DNA of 64,000 nt from an uncultured Methanosarcinales archaeon (GTDB lineage: Archaea > Nanobdellota > Nanobdellia > Woesearchaeales > GW2011-AR15), in the NCBI GenBank assembly GCA_964537195.1, contig CAZHYZ010000001.1:93100-157099 (forward strand), written 5' to 3'. Each line of letters starts with the position of its first letter. Position 1 is the stretch's first letter. Below the pieces are notes generated by a model. It did no database searches and was not told the origin of the DNA. It worked only from the letters and a program-made list of their open reading frames with translations. The position numbers were made by a program, and so were the translations under genes. Of the stretch, positions 63,186-64,000 are shown in pieces.

Positions 63186-64000
63186 AGCCAGATATTAAGA
63201 TAGGATTAGAAATTCATGTCGAACTTAATACTTTAAGTAAATTATTTTGTAGTTGCCCCACCCAAGGTAGTGAGGAGCCAAACACAAGAACTTGTGAAAT
63301 TTGTCTCGGTATGCCGGGTAGTAAACCAAAATTAAATGAAAGAGCCATAAAACATGTTGTGAAATTAGCAAAAGCCCTTAATTGTAAACTTTCTAAAGAA
63401 GTATTATTCTCAAGAAAAAATTATTTTTATCCAGACATGTCTAAAAATTATCAAATAACACAATATGAGATTCCTATTGGCTCTAAAGGTAAACTTGATA
63501 AAGTTGGCATAATAAGAATACATCTTGAGGAGGATCCAGCTTCTTTGATACATCCTATGGGAATAGAAAATTCAAAATATGTTCTTGTTGATTATAATAG
63601 GTCTGGAAATCCTCTTTGCGAAATTGTTACAGAGCCAGATATTGGTTCAGCAGAAGAAGCTCGTAATTTTATGAAGAAATTAATTTCCCTACTTAGATAT
63701 CTGGAGATTTTTGACCCGAAGAAACACAGGATAAAAGCAGATGTTAATGTCTCAATAAAAGAATCTGGTTACATAAGATCTGAAATAAAAAACATAACAG
63801 GAGCTAGAGAAATTTCTCGAGCCATAGAATATGAGATACCTAGACAAAAACAATTAGTTAAAGAAAAGAAATTAAATCAAGAAACCCGTGCGTGGAATGC
63901 TGAAAAAGGTATTACAAGTTTGTTGAGAACAAAAGAATCTGAAGAAGATTATGGCTATATTTTTGATCCTGATTTAGTAAAGATTGAACTGACAAATGAT
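63182..64000 (+). CDS. gatB: Asp-tRNA(Asn)/Glu-tRNA(Gln) amidotransferase subunit B. 5' part; continues beyond the window end.
   Basis: Own translation: [53 protein letters not shown]... Not in the ORF track because it has no stop in the window. Confidence 0.85.
   Translation, partial: [273 protein letters not shown]

Overview
Low-GC (~30%), gene-dense window that reads as a DPANN-type archaeal genome. Evidence for this: a conserved archaeal ribosomal cluster (S13-S4-S11-Rpo3/RpoD, tRNA-Leu, L18e-L13-S9), PCNA, an RPA-like protein, archaeal-type PEP carboxylase, a gatC-gatA-(patatin)-gatB cluster, and intron-containing tRNAs. About half of the window (1.2-16.2 kb, 24.6-32.5 kb, 36.6-46.1 kb) is an accessory cell-surface region. 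It holds at least 23 genes whose products begin with an archaeal class III (type IV pilin-like) signal peptide ([KR]-[GA/S]-Q/x...hydrophobic), including two overlapping mini-ORFs below 60 aa, together with five giant secreted proteins of 876-1478 aa. The most unusual gene is a 1226-aa pilin-signal protein, encoded with three small pilin-like genes, that carries an NlpC/P60-like peptidase domain, a family-1 lytic transglycosylase (SLT) domain and an HExxH motif. This points to a surface-tethered peptidoglycan-degrading device in an archaeon. Other giants carry eukaryote-like thrombospondin type-3 calcium-binding repeats, EGF-like cysteine modules, MopE-like motifs and long perfectly repeated DNA segments. 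No pilus assembly ATPase, platform protein or prepilin peptidase is present in the window. Also present: tRNA-His, tRNA-Arg(CCU) with a D-loop intron, tRNA-Leu(GAG) with apparently three introns, and a ~240-nt structured ncRNA candidate. Housekeeping genes include valS, aspS (bacterial-type), dut, tmk, RNase J-like, Ogg-type glycosylase, 2H phosphoesterase, translin-like, FKBP, CorA, MFS transporter and a HAD hydrolase. All calls rest on reading the translations and sequence by eye; no database search was run.
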